The notes: generated from the sequence alone by a model not told the origin. Positions 1 through 10,054 are shown, counted from the stretch's first letter. The stretch: 64,000 nucleotides of DNA from Planctomycetota bacterium (GCA_965223265.1 OZ244999.1:1472001-1536000); one strand, 5' to 3'. Numbers and translations are program-made.

Positions 1-1
1 T

Positions 2-1606
2 CAGCATGAGGCGTTTTACAAGGATTGCAGCGAGCTCAGCGCGGTGTTTTTCCCTGGCGGTGACCCCGGAAACAACCCTGCCAAACTGGTGGTGCCTTTC
101 CTCAAAGACGTCGCCTCTCGCCTCTTACCGATCCACCCGGAGGCGCGCGTTTGGCTGTCGTTTCAGCACTTTGACCGTGAGGACATCACGTTCGTGATCG
201 ACTACCTCAAAGCGGAGGAGCCGAAGTGGTTCGGCGGCGTCGTTGCTGGTCCGTCGGCACCGCCGATCCCGCTGATTCGCCGCATTCTGCCGAAGCACGT
301 TAAGTATCGCTTCTATCCCGACATCACGCACAACAAACTCTGTCAATACGAAGTCCCGTGGTGGGACCAAGCGTATGCTTTGACCCTCGGCCGCGAGGCG
401 ATCAACCCGCGACCAGTCCAGTACGCGTACATCCACAACTGGTTCGCGCCTTACGGCAATGGTTTCATCAGCTACTCCGACGGCGTGCACGACGATCTGA
501 ACAAGGCGGTGTGGAGCTCACTGGGCTGGGATCCTCGGACCGAAGTTCGTACGATTTTGAATGAGTACGCGCGTCTGTTTTTCGATCCTGGCGCAACCGA
601 AGAGATCGCCGACGCCATCTTGGCTCTTGAGAATAACTGGCGCGGTTCGATCGCCGATAACGGCGCTGTCGAAGGGACGCTCCTGTTGTGGCAGCGACTC
701 GAGTCGCGATTGCCGCGCCTCAAGAGCAATTGGCGCTGGCAGATGAATCTCGTGCGAGCCCACTACGACGCCTATATCCGGCGACGCGTCATTCGCGAGA
801 GACGGCTGGAGAAGGAAGCAAACGCGTTGATGGCAGCGGCTGACGTGAGCGGCGCGGAAGCGGCAATGAACGCCGCACTGTCGACACTCTCTCGCGTCGA
901 CAGCGACCCGACGAGCCCAGAGCTTCGCAAACGCATCGAAGCTCTCTGCGAAGATCTTTTCGATTCGATCGGGCTGCAGACTAGCGTCGACAAGTACCAT
1001 GCGAGTGGCGCGGAGCGCGGCGCGTTTCTCGACTTCGTAGACTATCCCATGAACAATCGCTGGTGGCTCGAAGATGAGTTCAAACGCATTCGCAGTTTCG
1101 ACTCTGAGGCGGCCAAAGTCGCTCGTCTCAAGGTGCTCGCAGAGTGGGAGAGTCCTGGTCCGGGGAGCTACTACGACGACGTGGGGCATACGGCGCGCTC
1201 ACCGCACGTGAAGCGCAGCAGGGAAGTCATCACCGAGCCGGGTGAGGAAGCCAACTCGGCGCCAACGCACTGGTGGTGGGATCAGGGCAAGAGCCGAGCC
1301 CGTCTGTCATGGCAGGTCAGCATGAACTGGCCGCAGGCAGTGGTCTACGAAGGACTCGAACCGGATGCCGAGTATTCAGTTCGCATGACAGGGCTCGGGA
1401 CGCTGATGCTCCGAATCGATGGTGAGCGCGTCGGCGTTGCGAAGCCCGAGCGTGTGGAGCTGGGAGAGTTTGTCGACATCACCGTGCCGCAAGGCGCGCT
1501 CGGAGATCGCAAGCTTGTGCTGACGTGGGATAACCCGACGGACGAAGGACATCTGAACTGGCGTCAGCGCTCGCGGCTCACCGAGATCTGGTTGCTCAAA
1601 CACTGA
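2..1606 (+). CDS. Conserved hypothetical, glycoside-hydrolase-like (TIM-barrel-type) protein, 5'-truncated by window edge
   Basis: Frame is open from base 2 (QHEAFYKDCSELSAVFFPGGDPG...). Motifs PGGDPG, YPDITH, GRE.INPRP and YSDGVHDD.NK resemble an uncharacterised GH-like family. Confidence 0.55.
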   Translation, partial: QHEAFYKDCSELSAVFFPGGDPGNNPAKLVVPFLKDVASRLLPIHPEARVWLSFQHFDREDITFVIDYLKAEEPKWFGGVVAGPSAPPIPLIRRILPKHVKYRFYPDITHNKLCQYEVPWWDQAYALTLGREAINPRPVQYAYIHNWFAPYGNGFISYSDGVHDDLNKAVWSSLGWDPRTEVRTILNEYARLFFDPGATEEIADAILALENNWRGSIADNGAVEGTLLLWQRLESRLPRLKSNWRWQMNLVRAHYDAYIRRRVIRERRLEKEANALMAAADVSGAEAAMNAALSTLSRVDSDPTSPELRKRIEALCEDLFDSIGLQTSVDKYHASGAERGAFLDFVDYPMNNRWWLEDEFKRIRSFDSEAAKVARLKVLAEWESPGPGSYYDDVGHTARSPHVKRSREVITEPGEEANSAPTHWWWDQGKSRARLSWQVSMNWPQAVVYEGLEPDAEYSVRMTGLGTLMLRIDGERVGVAKPERVELGEFVDITVPQGALGDRKLVLTWDNPTDEGHLNWRQRSRLTEIWLLKH

Positions 1607-1775
1607 CGTGACGGGAGATCCAGCGATTGGCGTGTGATTCCAGCAGACTGGAATTTCACGTTGAGGCATCGCTCTTGGTCGTCTCGATCTTGGATGCTAC
1701 GGCTGCTCTGGGCGAGAAAAGGTCGTCTTTCGCGTAGGTTGTTCCGGTGGCAAGAAATCCAACCAGATTTTTTTC

Positions 1776-1799
1776 TACCATTCGACGCCGCAAACGTCT
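1776..1799 (+). promoter_or_regulatory. Possible autoregulatory ECF promoter (TACC-N15-CGTCT)
   Basis: CGTC-type -10 element 12 nt upstream of the ECF start codon, preceded by a T-tract. Pattern only, single copy. Confidence 0.25.
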
Positions 1800-1811
1800 G
1801 TCAGTGAGTCC

Positions 1812-2399
1812 ATGACGACTTGGACCCCAGAGATGACAGAAGCTCGCGAGCCGTCCGGTTCGCACGCACCGAGGACCGCCCTGCGACCGGAGCCACCGCT
1901 GTTGCGAGAGCCATCGGACGTGCCAGCGTCGATCCTAGAGCACGCCACGCGCGTCTACCGGTTTGCTTTGCGGCTGACGGGAGACTCGAATGACGCTGAA
2001 GACCTCACCCAAGAGACGCTTTTGCGAGCCTGGAGACGCAAGCATCGGCTCCGTCAGCCGGAGGCAGCGCGCACGTGGCTGCTCCGCATTGCTGCGAATG
2101 CGTGGCGCGATCAACTGCGACGCGCTGCTCGGCGGCTCGCAAGTCGTTCGGAAGACTCGAGCGAACCCATTGACGAGGATTCTCCTGAACAGATTTTGCA
2201 GCAGCGCGAGGAGCTTGGCGAAGTGCTGTTGGAGATCGATCAGCTCCCACCTCGCCAGCGCCAAGTCCTCTACCTGTCTGCCTTCGAGGATCTCTCTCAG
2301 AAAGAGATCGCCCGCGTTCTTGGAATCAACCGCAGTGCGGTCAAGTCCAGCTTGGCGGTGGCAAGGGCGACGCTGCGTGAGAAATTCATAGATCCGTGA
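1812..2399 (+). CDS. ECF (sigma-70 group 4) RNA polymerase sigma factor
   Basis: Region 2 'VYRFALRLTGDSNDAEDLTQETLLRAW...WLLRIAANAWRD'; region 4 'LPPRQRQVLYL...LSQKEIARVLGI..SAVKS'. Confidence 0.93.
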   Translation: MTTWTPEMTEAREPSGSHAPRTALRPEPPLLREPSDVPASILEHATRVYRFALRLTGDSNDAEDLTQETLLRAWRRKHRLRQPEAARTWLLRIAANAWRDQLRRAARRLASRSEDSSEPIDEDSPEQILQQREELGEVLLEIDQLPPRQRQVLYLSAFEDLSQKEIARVLGINRSAVKSSLAVARATLREKFIDP

Positions 2400-2406
2400 G
2401 TCAGCT

Positions 2407-2892
2407 GTGAGCGACCAACCCAAAGATCTCGATGATCTCCTTGACCGCGCCCGGGGTGAGCTCGAGTCGCTTCCGACTGCGTTCGTGTGCCGGCTTGAGG
2501 CTCAACTGCGCCAAGCGGATCGTTGCCGAAATCGGCGTCGCCGCGTCGCGGTCACTTTCGCTATGTTGTGCCTTTGTGCGATGGCGCTCTGCACATTTCT
2601 GCGCCTCGACATGAAAACTCCTCGCCAACACCTCGGCCACGAAACGAAAGGTGAGCGTGAGCTCGATGCCCGTCCAAACACCGCTTCGGACGAGCCGTCT
2701 ACACGGGATAAGGCCACGCACGCTGCCTCTGTGCAGCCTAAGACAGGCGTGGAAGTGAACTTTCACGGATCGACTGACTTGATTGCGATGCCTATGGAGA
2801 CTGAGTCTCGCTCCGTCACTCTGTTCTTTGTCTATCCTGCGGTTAACCATGACCCATCGGGCGACGCTTCCCCGATCCCGCACGATGAGTGA
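2407..2892 (+). CDS. Putative single-pass membrane anti-sigma factor
   Basis: Directly follows the ECF gene; short cytoplasmic helix, RRRR, then a TM helix (VAVTFAMLCLCAMALCTFL). Confidence 0.6.
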   Translation: MSDQPKDLDDLLDRARGELESLPTAFVCRLEAQLRQADRCRNRRRRVAVTFAMLCLCAMALCTFLRLDMKTPRQHLGHETKGERELDARPNTASDEPSTRDKATHAASVQPKTGVEVNFHGSTDLIAMPMETESRSVTLFFVYPAVNHDPSGDASPIPHDE

Positions 2893-3902
2893 AGCACGCC
2901 CAAACTGGAGGATCTATGCAATTCATTTCCGCTTCGAACCTGTTCGTGCTTTCCCTGGCGATCTCAATTGGTTTGCCGACGCTTGCTTTCGAACGTTCTG
3001 TCGTCGTCGCGCAGGAGGCGGCGCAACAGTCGACGACGGACAGTCAGCCCGTTCCGCCTGCGCGCGCGCGCCGAAGCTCTCCAGAACGGGAGACGGTCAT
3101 TTTCCGCTTGCGATATGGAGACGTTCAATACATCGCCGAGGCGGTCAGCAAGGTCGGCGGCGGCGCTTTGATCGTACCCCACCTGCCGACGAACTCGTTG
3201 GTTGTTCAAGGGACAAAGAAACAGATTCCTGCCGTTCGCGACCTGATCAAAGAGCTGGACACGCGGGCTGGACTAGCGCAGTCGGAAGGGCGTAGGGTGC
3301 AGGTGTTCCAACTTAAGAACATACGCGCCGATCAGACCGTTCTGAATGCGCTCCGGTTGACACTCTCGCGCGGAAATATTGTTGCCGATGAAAAGCGAAA
3401 CTTCGTCATCGTCGCTGGCGATGACGAGGAAGTTGGACGTGTGAATTCTCTGCTTCAGGCTCTCGACGCCCCCCAGCCGTCAGCCGAGAAGATCTCGCCG
3501 AGGAAACTCCGGATTGCATGGCTCATCGACCAACAGAACGATCGTGCCCAAAACGTCGCGCTCCCAGACGACCTCAAGAAGGTAGGGAGCGAGCTCGAGC
3601 GTTTCGGTTTCGAGAATCCCTCTCTAACGGCACACCTCATGATTCAGACCGTGGACGGCGGCAATTTCGAGGTGCAAAGCACGCTGGAGGTCAACGGTCA
3701 GGCGCGCGAAATCCGTGTCGTGGGCAGTGTCGAACAGCGGCCAGGGAAAGAACCCCTTGTGAACATTTCGATCTCGACTCTCCCTGAGCCCAAGTCCCGC
3801 ATCAGCACCGGAATCATCGCACCGCCGAATCATCCGGTCGTCTTGTGTGTGAGTCCCACGGGCAAGAATCAGTCGGTTTTTGTCGTTGAGGTCATCGAGT
3901 GA
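2889..3902 (+). CDS. Secreted protein with secretin N-domain (NolW-like) repeats, no secretin barrel
   Basis: Signal peptide; two repeats 'IFRLRYGD..TNSLVVQG...LIKELD' and 'VFQLKNIRA...NFVIVAG...LLQALD'; overlaps the upstream stop. Confidence 0.7.
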   Translation: MKHAQTGGSMQFISASNLFVLSLAISIGLPTLAFERSVVVAQEAAQQSTTDSQPVPPARARRSSPERETVIFRLRYGDVQYIAEAVSKVGGGALIVPHLPTNSLVVQGTKKQIPAVRDLIKELDTRAGLAQSEGRRVQVFQLKNIRADQTVLNALRLTLSRGNIVADEKRNFVIVAGDDEEVGRVNSLLQALDAPQPSAEKISPRKLRIAWLIDQQNDRAQNVALPDDLKKVGSELERFGFENPSLTAHLMIQTVDGGNFEVQSTLEVNGQAREIRVVGSVEQRPGKEPLVNISISTLPEPKSRISTGIIAPPNHPVVLCVSPTGKNQSVFVVEVIE

Positions 3903-3921
3903 GGTTTGCCCAGTCGGTGTT

Positions 3922-4836
3922 TCACTTGTACGGATTCCACACTTCCTTGCCGCTTCGGTTGATGTAGAACAGCTTGTGGTCATCTCCGACCAGTGCCAGT
4001 GATCCGGCGAAGTCGAACGACTTCGGATACCGGGGCTCGATGAGCATCTGCCCCTTCTGATCGATGTAGCCCCAACGGCCACGCGCTTTCACGGCTGCGA
4101 GACCGCTGGCGAAGCGTAGAGCCCAACTGAAGCGCGGTTCGATCATGAATGCGCCATGCGCATCGATGAAGCCGACTCCGTCGCCATACTGAACGCTGGC
4201 AAGACCCTCTGCGAAGTCGTAGGCCCAGTCGAATCGCGCCTCGATGACTTGCCGTCCCGCTCGATCGATGAAACCCCATTTGTCCCCGGCCCAAACGCGC
4301 GCTCTGTTCGCCGAAAAGCTGAACGCCGACGGGTAGCGATGAGGCAGCGCAGCGGCTCCGGCGTCATCGACGTAGCTCCACAGGTTACCGCGCCGTACGC
4401 AGCCTCTTCCCTCCGAGAACGTTTGTGCTCCGTCCCACACCGCTGGAATCGCGAGCTTGCCGGTGGTGTCGACGTAGCCCCACTTCCCTTGCAGCTTGAC
4501 GCGGGCATGGCCGTCGTGGAACGCCGACGCCTTGGCGAAACGCGGCGCGATCACCAACATGCCGGTGGTGTCGACATAGCCCCATTTGTCGCTTTTCTTC
4601 ACCGCCGCGAAGCCGCCTGAAAAGCTTCCTGCCCAGTCGAAGTCGGGTGCAATCACCATGCGTCCTGACTTGTCAATGAAGCCGCATTTCCCCCGTTCGC
4701 GGATGCAGGCTCGACCCTCGGCGAACGGAAATGCCTGGGTGTATCGGTGGGGGATGACGAGCTCACCGCGGGCGTCGATATAACCGTACTTACCATCGAT
4801 CCCGACGGGAAAGAGCTCGAGTTCTTCGTTGGTCAT
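3922..4836 (-). CDS. WG-repeat (KWG-like) protein
   Basis: About 8 repeats of 34 aa 'KWG(Y/F)ID..G..VI.P.F..A..F..G.A.V'; DNA repeats at 4459 and 4561 (102-bp period). Start re-called at ATG 4836 with a GGAGG RBS. Confidence 0.9.
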   Translation of the reverse strand: MTNEELELFPVGIDGKYGYIDARGELVIPHRYTQAFPFAEGRACIRERGKCGFIDKSGRMVIAPDFDWAGSFSGGFAAVKKSDKWGYVDTTGMLVIAPRFAKASAFHDGHARVKLQGKWGYVDTTGKLAIPAVWDGAQTFSEGRGCVRRGNLWSYVDDAGAAALPHRYPSAFSFSANRARVWAGDKWGFIDRAGRQVIEARFDWAYDFAEGLASVQYGDGVGFIDAHGAFMIEPRFSWALRFASGLAAVKARGRWGYIDQKGQMLIEPRYPKSFDFAGSLALVGDDHKLFYINRSGKEVWNPYK

Positions 4837-4859
4837 CGGCTGCGCGCTCCTTCCTCCGC

Positions 4860-5816
4860 TTAATCTAACCAACCGCTGCCGCCGCGCTTGTAGAACCCTG
4901 CGATCGGGGCGTGTGGCCGAATCCTCTCTTCCAGGGCCTTCTGCTCGGGAGCCGACATCGGCTTGAACTCGCGCGCTATGCGGACGTTGTCTCGCAGCTG
5001 CTCCACGGTCTCGACGCCGACGATTGCCGTGTGGACGTCTTGGGACAGAGCGTACGTCAAAAGCGGGTCCATCTCCGTGAAGCCGCATTCGCTGAACAAA
5101 CGGCCGCGGCCAGAAACCTTCATGGCGACCACTCCTATGCTGCGCCGCTTTGCTTCCTCCCAAACCGGCTTGAACGGCCGGTGGTAGCGATCCGCGGGGT
5201 TGACGGGTAGGAGAATTGTGTCAAGGTCGGCACGTCGCATCATCTCGATCATAGGTTCCGGAAGGTAGTGTCCCGAGATGCCGATGAAACGCGTCATGCC
5301 TTGCTCTTTGGCGCTCTGGATAACTTCGAGGAGGCCTCCCTTCTTGCAGATGCGCTCGACGTCCTCCGCATTACGGACGCGATGAATGTTGAGGTTGTCG
5401 ACACGATCGGTTCGAAGCAGCTTGAGGCTGCGTTCAATTTTGCGTTTGGCCTCGTCGGGGTCGCGAGGGTCCACCTTCGTCGAGATGAACGCTTCTTTGC
5501 GTCGTCCGTCGAGTGCCTGACCGATGTATTTCTCCGACGGATAGTAGAGCTCCGCAGTGTCGAAATAGTTGACGCCGAGGTTCAGAGCTGTCTGAACGAG
5601 CTCTTCGGCGGCTGCATCATTGTTCTCTCGGCTGAGTACATGTTCACCCCCGAGCCCGACGATGGTCACTCGAGCGCCCGTTCGACCGAGCACGCGCTGC
5701 GGCAGCGAGTGTACGGTCGCCTCTTGGCTCACCAGCGGAGAGGTCGGTACGCACGCCGCCACAGTGATCGCCCCTGAAACCTTCAGGAATTTTCGGCGTG
5801 GAACGGGTTCCTTCAT
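4860..5816 (-). CDS. Aldo/keto reductase with twin-arginine signal
   Basis: RRKFLK Tat motif; 'LGRTG', 'GVNYFDTAELY', 'FISTK', 'SLKLLRTDRVD...H', 'IGISGH', 'GVVAMK'. Confidence 0.9.
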   Translation of the reverse strand: MKEPVPRRKFLKVSGAITVAACVPTSPLVSQEATVHSLPQRVLGRTGARVTIVGLGGEHVLSRENNDAAAEELVQTALNLGVNYFDTAELYYPSEKYIGQALDGRRKEAFISTKVDPRDPDEAKRKIERSLKLLRTDRVDNLNIHRVRNAEDVERICKKGGLLEVIQSAKEQGMTRFIGISGHYLPEPMIEMMRRADLDTILLPVNPADRYHRPFKPVWEEAKRRSIGVVAMKVSGRGRLFSECGFTEMDPLLTYALSQDVHTAIVGVETVEQLRDNVRIAREFKPMSAPEQKALEERIRPHAPIAGFYKRGGSGWLD

Positions 5817-6214
5817 GTGTGCCTCCTTCGTCCTTTCAAGTTCAGTTGGGGTGCATCCTGGGTGTGTGTCGTCACCTCGAAAAACTCATCAAGAAGTGTA
5901 CTCTACGCGGCGATGAATGCGCGTGGCGATTTTTCGTGCTCGAGACATGGCCGCTCGTCGAGGACTGGCCACCTCGCAGAGCACCTCGACCGCGATAGCT
6001 CACGGGATATTTCGGTGAGCCGGCGTGACACAGGAGCGGTCGCCCCAATGTTGCGCGTGCCTTCGACTCCGTGCGGATCGTCCGACGCCTTTCTTTTCTT
6101 GCGATCGAAGGATTCCGTGCCGTAGAACGAAAGTGTCACCAATGCCGTCGCGAAAGGCAAGGCGGCGTTGAGCGCTTAGATGAATTCCTCGTGGCTTCGA
6201 TCTGGAGACTCATT

Positions 6215-7456
6215 ATGCCGCTCCATTCGTTGACTCTTCTCCTGTTCTTTGTAACGAGCACTGCACTGTCTGCCGAGTGGCCTCAGTTTCGCGGTCCGGA
6301 TGGACAAGGACACTCTGACGCTCAAGGGTTGCCGCTTCGATGGAGCGAAACGGAGAACATCACTTGGAAGACGCGGATCCCGGGCGAAGGCTGGTCGTCA
6401 CCCGTCATTTGGGGCGATCAAATCTGGATGACAAGCGCGTCCGAGAAGGGAAAATCGCTGCGTGCCGTTTGTGTCAAACGCTCCGATGGTCGCGTCCTTC
6501 ATGACGTCGAGGTGCTACGGCCGGAAGCGCCTGGTTCGCATCATGAGCAAAACGGCTTCGCGTCACCGACGCCCGTGCTCGACGGAGAGCGTGCTTTCGC
6601 TCACTTCGGGCCGCGCGGGACGGTTTGTCTGAGCACGCACGGCGAGATCCTCTGGAAGAACGTTGAACTTCAGTACTCGGCCCTGCAAGGCGCGGCAAGC
6701 TCGCCGATTTTGCACGGTGAGCGTCTCATCCTCACGTGTGACGGCACAGACCATCAGTTCTTGGTGGCTCTGAACAAGCGCACCGGACGCATCGAATGGA
6801 AGCAGCCCAGGCAGCATCTCGAAGCGGCGGCGAAAAAGCACGCCATCGCGAAGATGGCGTACTCGACGCCGCTCGTTTCGAACGTCGCTGGCGTCCAGCA
6901 GCTCGTGAGCACGGGCGCCGACCACGTCGCCGCTTATGACGTCGAGACCGGGAAGGAGCTCTGGTGGATGCCGTACGACGGCTTTTCTTTGGTCGCACGT
7001 CCGTCGTATGGTAACGGCCTATTCTACGTTGTGGGATCGATCACGCTCGATCATCATGCCGTCTATGCTGTGCGTCCGGGCGCGGGGCAGCTCCAGGGCG
7101 ATCAGATCGTTTGGCAGCGTTCCGTCGGCATTCCGCACGTGCCGTCGCCTCTCTTGGTTGGAGAGGAACTCTTCGTGGTGCACGACCGCGGCGTCGCGAC
7201 TTGCCTCAATGCCATGACCGGAGAGGTTCACTGGCGCGAACGGCTGGGCGGTAACTACCGTGCATCGCCGATCGAAGTCCGCGGTCGCGTCTACATCACC
7301 AATCAGGAGGGGAAGACGTTCGTGCTGACGGCGGGGAAAGAGTTCAAGGTCTTAGCGACGAATGATCTCGACGGAACATTTTTCGCGTCTCCGGCGGTGG
7401 CAGGCAAAGCGCTGTTTTTGAGGAGCGACACTCACCTGTACCGAGTTGAGGGGTGA
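6215..7456 (+). CDS. PQQ-binding-like beta-propeller secreted protein
   Basis: Signal peptide then 'EWPQFRGPDGQG', 'WKT.IPG.GWSSPVI', 'ASPTP', 'FFASPAV'. Start re-called at ATG 6215. Confidence 0.88.
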   Translation: MPLHSLTLLLFFVTSTALSAEWPQFRGPDGQGHSDAQGLPLRWSETENITWKTRIPGEGWSSPVIWGDQIWMTSASEKGKSLRAVCVKRSDGRVLHDVEVLRPEAPGSHHEQNGFASPTPVLDGERAFAHFGPRGTVCLSTHGEILWKNVELQYSALQGAASSPILHGERLILTCDGTDHQFLVALNKRTGRIEWKQPRQHLEAAAKKHAIAKMAYSTPLVSNVAGVQQLVSTGADHVAAYDVETGKELWWMPYDGFSLVARPSYGNGLFYVVGSITLDHHAVYAVRPGAGQLQGDQIVWQRSVGIPHVPSPLLVGEELFVVHDRGVATCLNAMTGEVHWRERLGGNYRASPIEVRGRVYITNQEGKTFVLTAGKEFKVLATNDLDGTFFASPAVAGKALFLRSDTHLYRVEG

Positions 7457-7481
7457 GGACCAGAACACGGGGCGGCAAGCG

Positions 7482-8021
7482 TCACTCGAAGGCACTGAAC
7501 TCCGGTCGATATCTCACGACGCCTGTGCGATGCTTCAACCCTCCAGGGCTCAACTCGAGGGCCATGAATGCGTCGTCGGGTGCTGTAAACTCGCACGTCA
7601 GTCCAATCGTCCGGGCCGGAACGAAGCCAAAACGTGGATAGTACTCGACATGCCCCAAAACGACGACGACGTTGTAGCCGAGTGTGCGACACTCGGTCAG
7701 CCCACGTCGCACGAGCTCTGAACCGACTCCCTGTCGTTGATAACTCGGGAGAACAGCGAGCGGTGCAAGTCCCATGGCGCGAAAACCATCGTCGGGCGGC
7801 TCGAGAGCGGCGTCGCTGAACAGTATGTGTCCGACGGTTTCACCGCCGATTTCGGCGACGAAGGAAATCGTCTGTGCCGTGCTCTCTCTCAAAGCATCGA
7901 CTAGATTCGCTTCTGCCGGCTGGCCGAACGCGGATTCATGGATGCGTCGGACCGCTTGACGGTCTCTTGATTCTTCTCGACGTACAAGCCGTTCGGTCTT
8001 GGGGCCGTTTTCGCTTGGCAT
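7482..8021 (-). CDS. GNAT N-acetyltransferase (YhbS-like)
   Basis: 'GHILFS', 'LAPLAVLPSYQRQGVGSELV', 'VVVLGH.EYYPRFGF'. Start uncertain (8021 or 8060). Confidence 0.88.
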   Translation of the reverse strand: MPSENGPKTERLVRREESRDRQAVRRIHESAFGQPAEANLVDALRESTAQTISFVAEIGGETVGHILFSDAALEPPDDGFRAMGLAPLAVLPSYQRQGVGSELVRRGLTECRTLGYNVVVVLGHVEYYPRFGFVPARTIGLTCEFTAPDDAFMALELSPGGLKHRTGVVRYRPEFSAFE

Positions 8022-8266
8022 GTTGTCTCGATGTCGCACGATGTCGGCGGCTCGAAGCACTGTATGGAATGTCGACTGTTTATGATGCCATGCCGGAGAT
8101 CGCGGTCATACCGCCGAAGTCGGCGCAGAGTAGGGAATTCGGTTTTCGCTTGCTCTTTTAGTGGCGCTTGTCTCTCATGAGCGCATCTTGCTTGAGTCGT
8201 TTCGGTCGTGCAGCGTGCGGGTGCGATTCCGCTGCGGAAGCCGACTAAATTTTTGGAGGTGCCCGA

Positions 8267-9193
8267 ATGGCAGAAAGCGACCGGTTCCTCCTCTCGAATG
8301 CTCCGCAGCATTGGCCAGGTTTGGCGTTCGACGATTTCCACGCTGGCGAACACGTCGCCAACGCGGTCAAATTCGCGACGAGCTTGAAGCATGGCTTCGA
8401 GCGCGCCGATGCCGACGTGCACCTCGATTCGCTCTACACGTCCCTTCTCGCCGACGACGGCGTTTTGGAGCTGCTCGCCGTTGTTTTTGATGAAGGTGCG
8501 AAGGTCCCGGTTTTTTTCTACGACGCCGACGACGCCCATGCATCGGAGCACTTCGCCGGTGTGGCACTCGTTCTCCGGAGCCTTGGATGGGCTGCGCCGG
8601 TTTACTATTCGATGAAGGCATTGACAGAGTCCGCGGCTCCAACGAACCCTTTGCGGCCGTTCGGCGTCGACCTGTTGAAAGCGACGGAAGGAAGCGTGTC
8701 GGACGGGCCGTTTGCCGTCTGGTGGAACTCGGATGACGGCGAGCACGATCTCCTTGGCTCCTCCGCGCACAAAGCCATCCGGTCGACCTACGAGGCGCTG
8801 GACGGTTTCACATCGTATGTCTTCGCCGCCCTCATGAGATCGTTGGGTGCAATCGAGAAAAACGTCGCGCGAGCGCAGCTCCCAGACGAACTCGTGACGT
8901 GGACTGTGGCAGGACCGGAGAGCCTCGACATCGTGCTCTCCGCGTGTGCTGAGAAGGGAATTCGTTTTCACTTCAACACGAGCGAAACAACGGCAATCCA
9001 AAGAGATCGTTTTCTCAAGCTCTTCAGCCGTTTTGTGAAGGAATGTCGTGCTGTCGCGGAGAAGAACAATTTCGACCTCGATCCAGACTCGGAGCGGCAG
9101 GCGCTGCCATGGTTCCGACTCTGTGAAAAAGAGTGGGAAGAGAGCGGGCGAAAAGGCGAGAAGCCGAACTTTGTGGGTGTGCTCGGGGCGTGA
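8267..9193 (+). CDS. Hypothetical protein (308 aa)
   Basis: GGAGG RBS, ATG start, globular composition; no motif recognised. Confidence 0.7.
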   Translation: MAESDRFLLSNAPQHWPGLAFDDFHAGEHVANAVKFATSLKHGFERADADVHLDSLYTSLLADDGVLELLAVVFDEGAKVPVFFYDADDAHASEHFAGVALVLRSLGWAAPVYYSMKALTESAAPTNPLRPFGVDLLKATEGSVSDGPFAVWWNSDDGEHDLLGSSAHKAIRSTYEALDGFTSYVFAALMRSLGAIEKNVARAQLPDELVTWTVAGPESLDIVLSACAEKGIRFHFNTSETTAIQRDRFLKLFSRFVKECRAVAEKNNFDLDPDSERQALPWFRLCEKEWEESGRKGEKPNFVGVLGA

Positions 9194-9280
9194 CCATCGT
9201 CGATTCAGGACGGCGCCGTTGTGAGTTTCGCCACCGCATCCGTAGGGTGTAGGCGTCTCGTCCGTTGTGAGGGTGCGTTC

Positions 9281-10003
9281 ATGACTCAAGATTGGACTAC
9301 ACTCCTCCACGAAGCTTTTGAGTGTGGGGATCTGAAACTGTTCGAGGAGTGTATTACTCAGGGAGCTGACATTAACAGCGTCTTCGGAGGCGAACGCGTT
9401 CGTCTCCTTAAGGACGCTATTGGGGCCGGCGTGGAGGGCGTCAGTTACCTCCTCAAATACGGTGCCGATCCGAGTCTTCCCGTCGATTACACCGGCGAGC
9501 TTCCGCTGCGTTATGCGCGACTCTCACCGGAGCGATTGGAAGTGACGCGGGCACTGATCGAAGGCGGTGCTTGCCCCCTATACGAGCCAGAGGAGCGCGA
9601 TTCGCCCGTTCACGACGCAGCCAGCGACGGCGACGTCGATGTCTTGACTCTTTTGCTTCGGTCTGGAGGTCAGACACTGCTGGAAGTGCTGGACTACTGT
9701 GGCCGAACGCCCCTTATGTGTGCTGCGGACGAGGGCAGTGTGGAGGCCGCGAAGATCCTCGTTGAGGCGGGTGCCAAGTTGGACGCCGTGAACGACGATT
9801 ACCCACCGCTGACCGCTCTCTCACGCGCGACCGAAAAGCGGAAGTACGACATGGTCAAGTATCTCCTCGAAGCCGGAGCCGATCCCCATCGACCAGCGGA
9901 AGGAGAGTCAGCTGTCGCCATCGCGTTGCGACTGAAACGGTCCCCGGAGTACCTGAAGTTGATACAAGAAGTATTCGAAGGGATAGGCTCCAACTCATAT
10001 TGA
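9281..10003 (+). CDS. Ankyrin-repeat protein
   Basis: 'SPVHDAA..GD', 'GRTPLMCAA.EG.VEAAKILVEAGA', 'MVKYLLEAGADP'. Confidence 0.9.
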   Translation: MTQDWTTLLHEAFECGDLKLFEECITQGADINSVFGGERVRLLKDAIGAGVEGVSYLLKYGADPSLPVDYTGELPLRYARLSPERLEVTRALIEGGACPLYEPEERDSPVHDAASDGDVDVLTLLLRSGGQTLLEVLDYCGRTPLMCAADEGSVEAAKILVEAGAKLDAVNDDYPPLTALSRATEKRKYDMVKYLLEAGADPHRPAEGESAVAIALRLKRSPEYLKLIQEVFEGIGSNSY

Positions 10004-10054
10004 TGTTGGCTCACGTCTTCCGCCCACCCGTCGTCTTCGTTACGATCTTTCGTC

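Noticed and set aside
3960-4800. Periodic DNA repeats suggestive of CRISPR
   Set aside because: The 102-bp period is explained by in-frame WG protein repeats; no cas genes.
4837-5163. N-terminal extension of the WG-repeat ORF
   Set aside because: Overlaps the AKR gene in another frame and is Arg-rich nonsense; the real start is 4836.
6106-6136. CGAAGGATT match upstream of the first PQQ-like gene
   Set aside because: The -35-like box matches but there is no CAATAC 14 nt downstream.
7901-9310. 469-aa ORF on the minus strand
   Set aside because: Antisense shadow of 8267-9193, which has an RBS and protein-like composition; no motifs.
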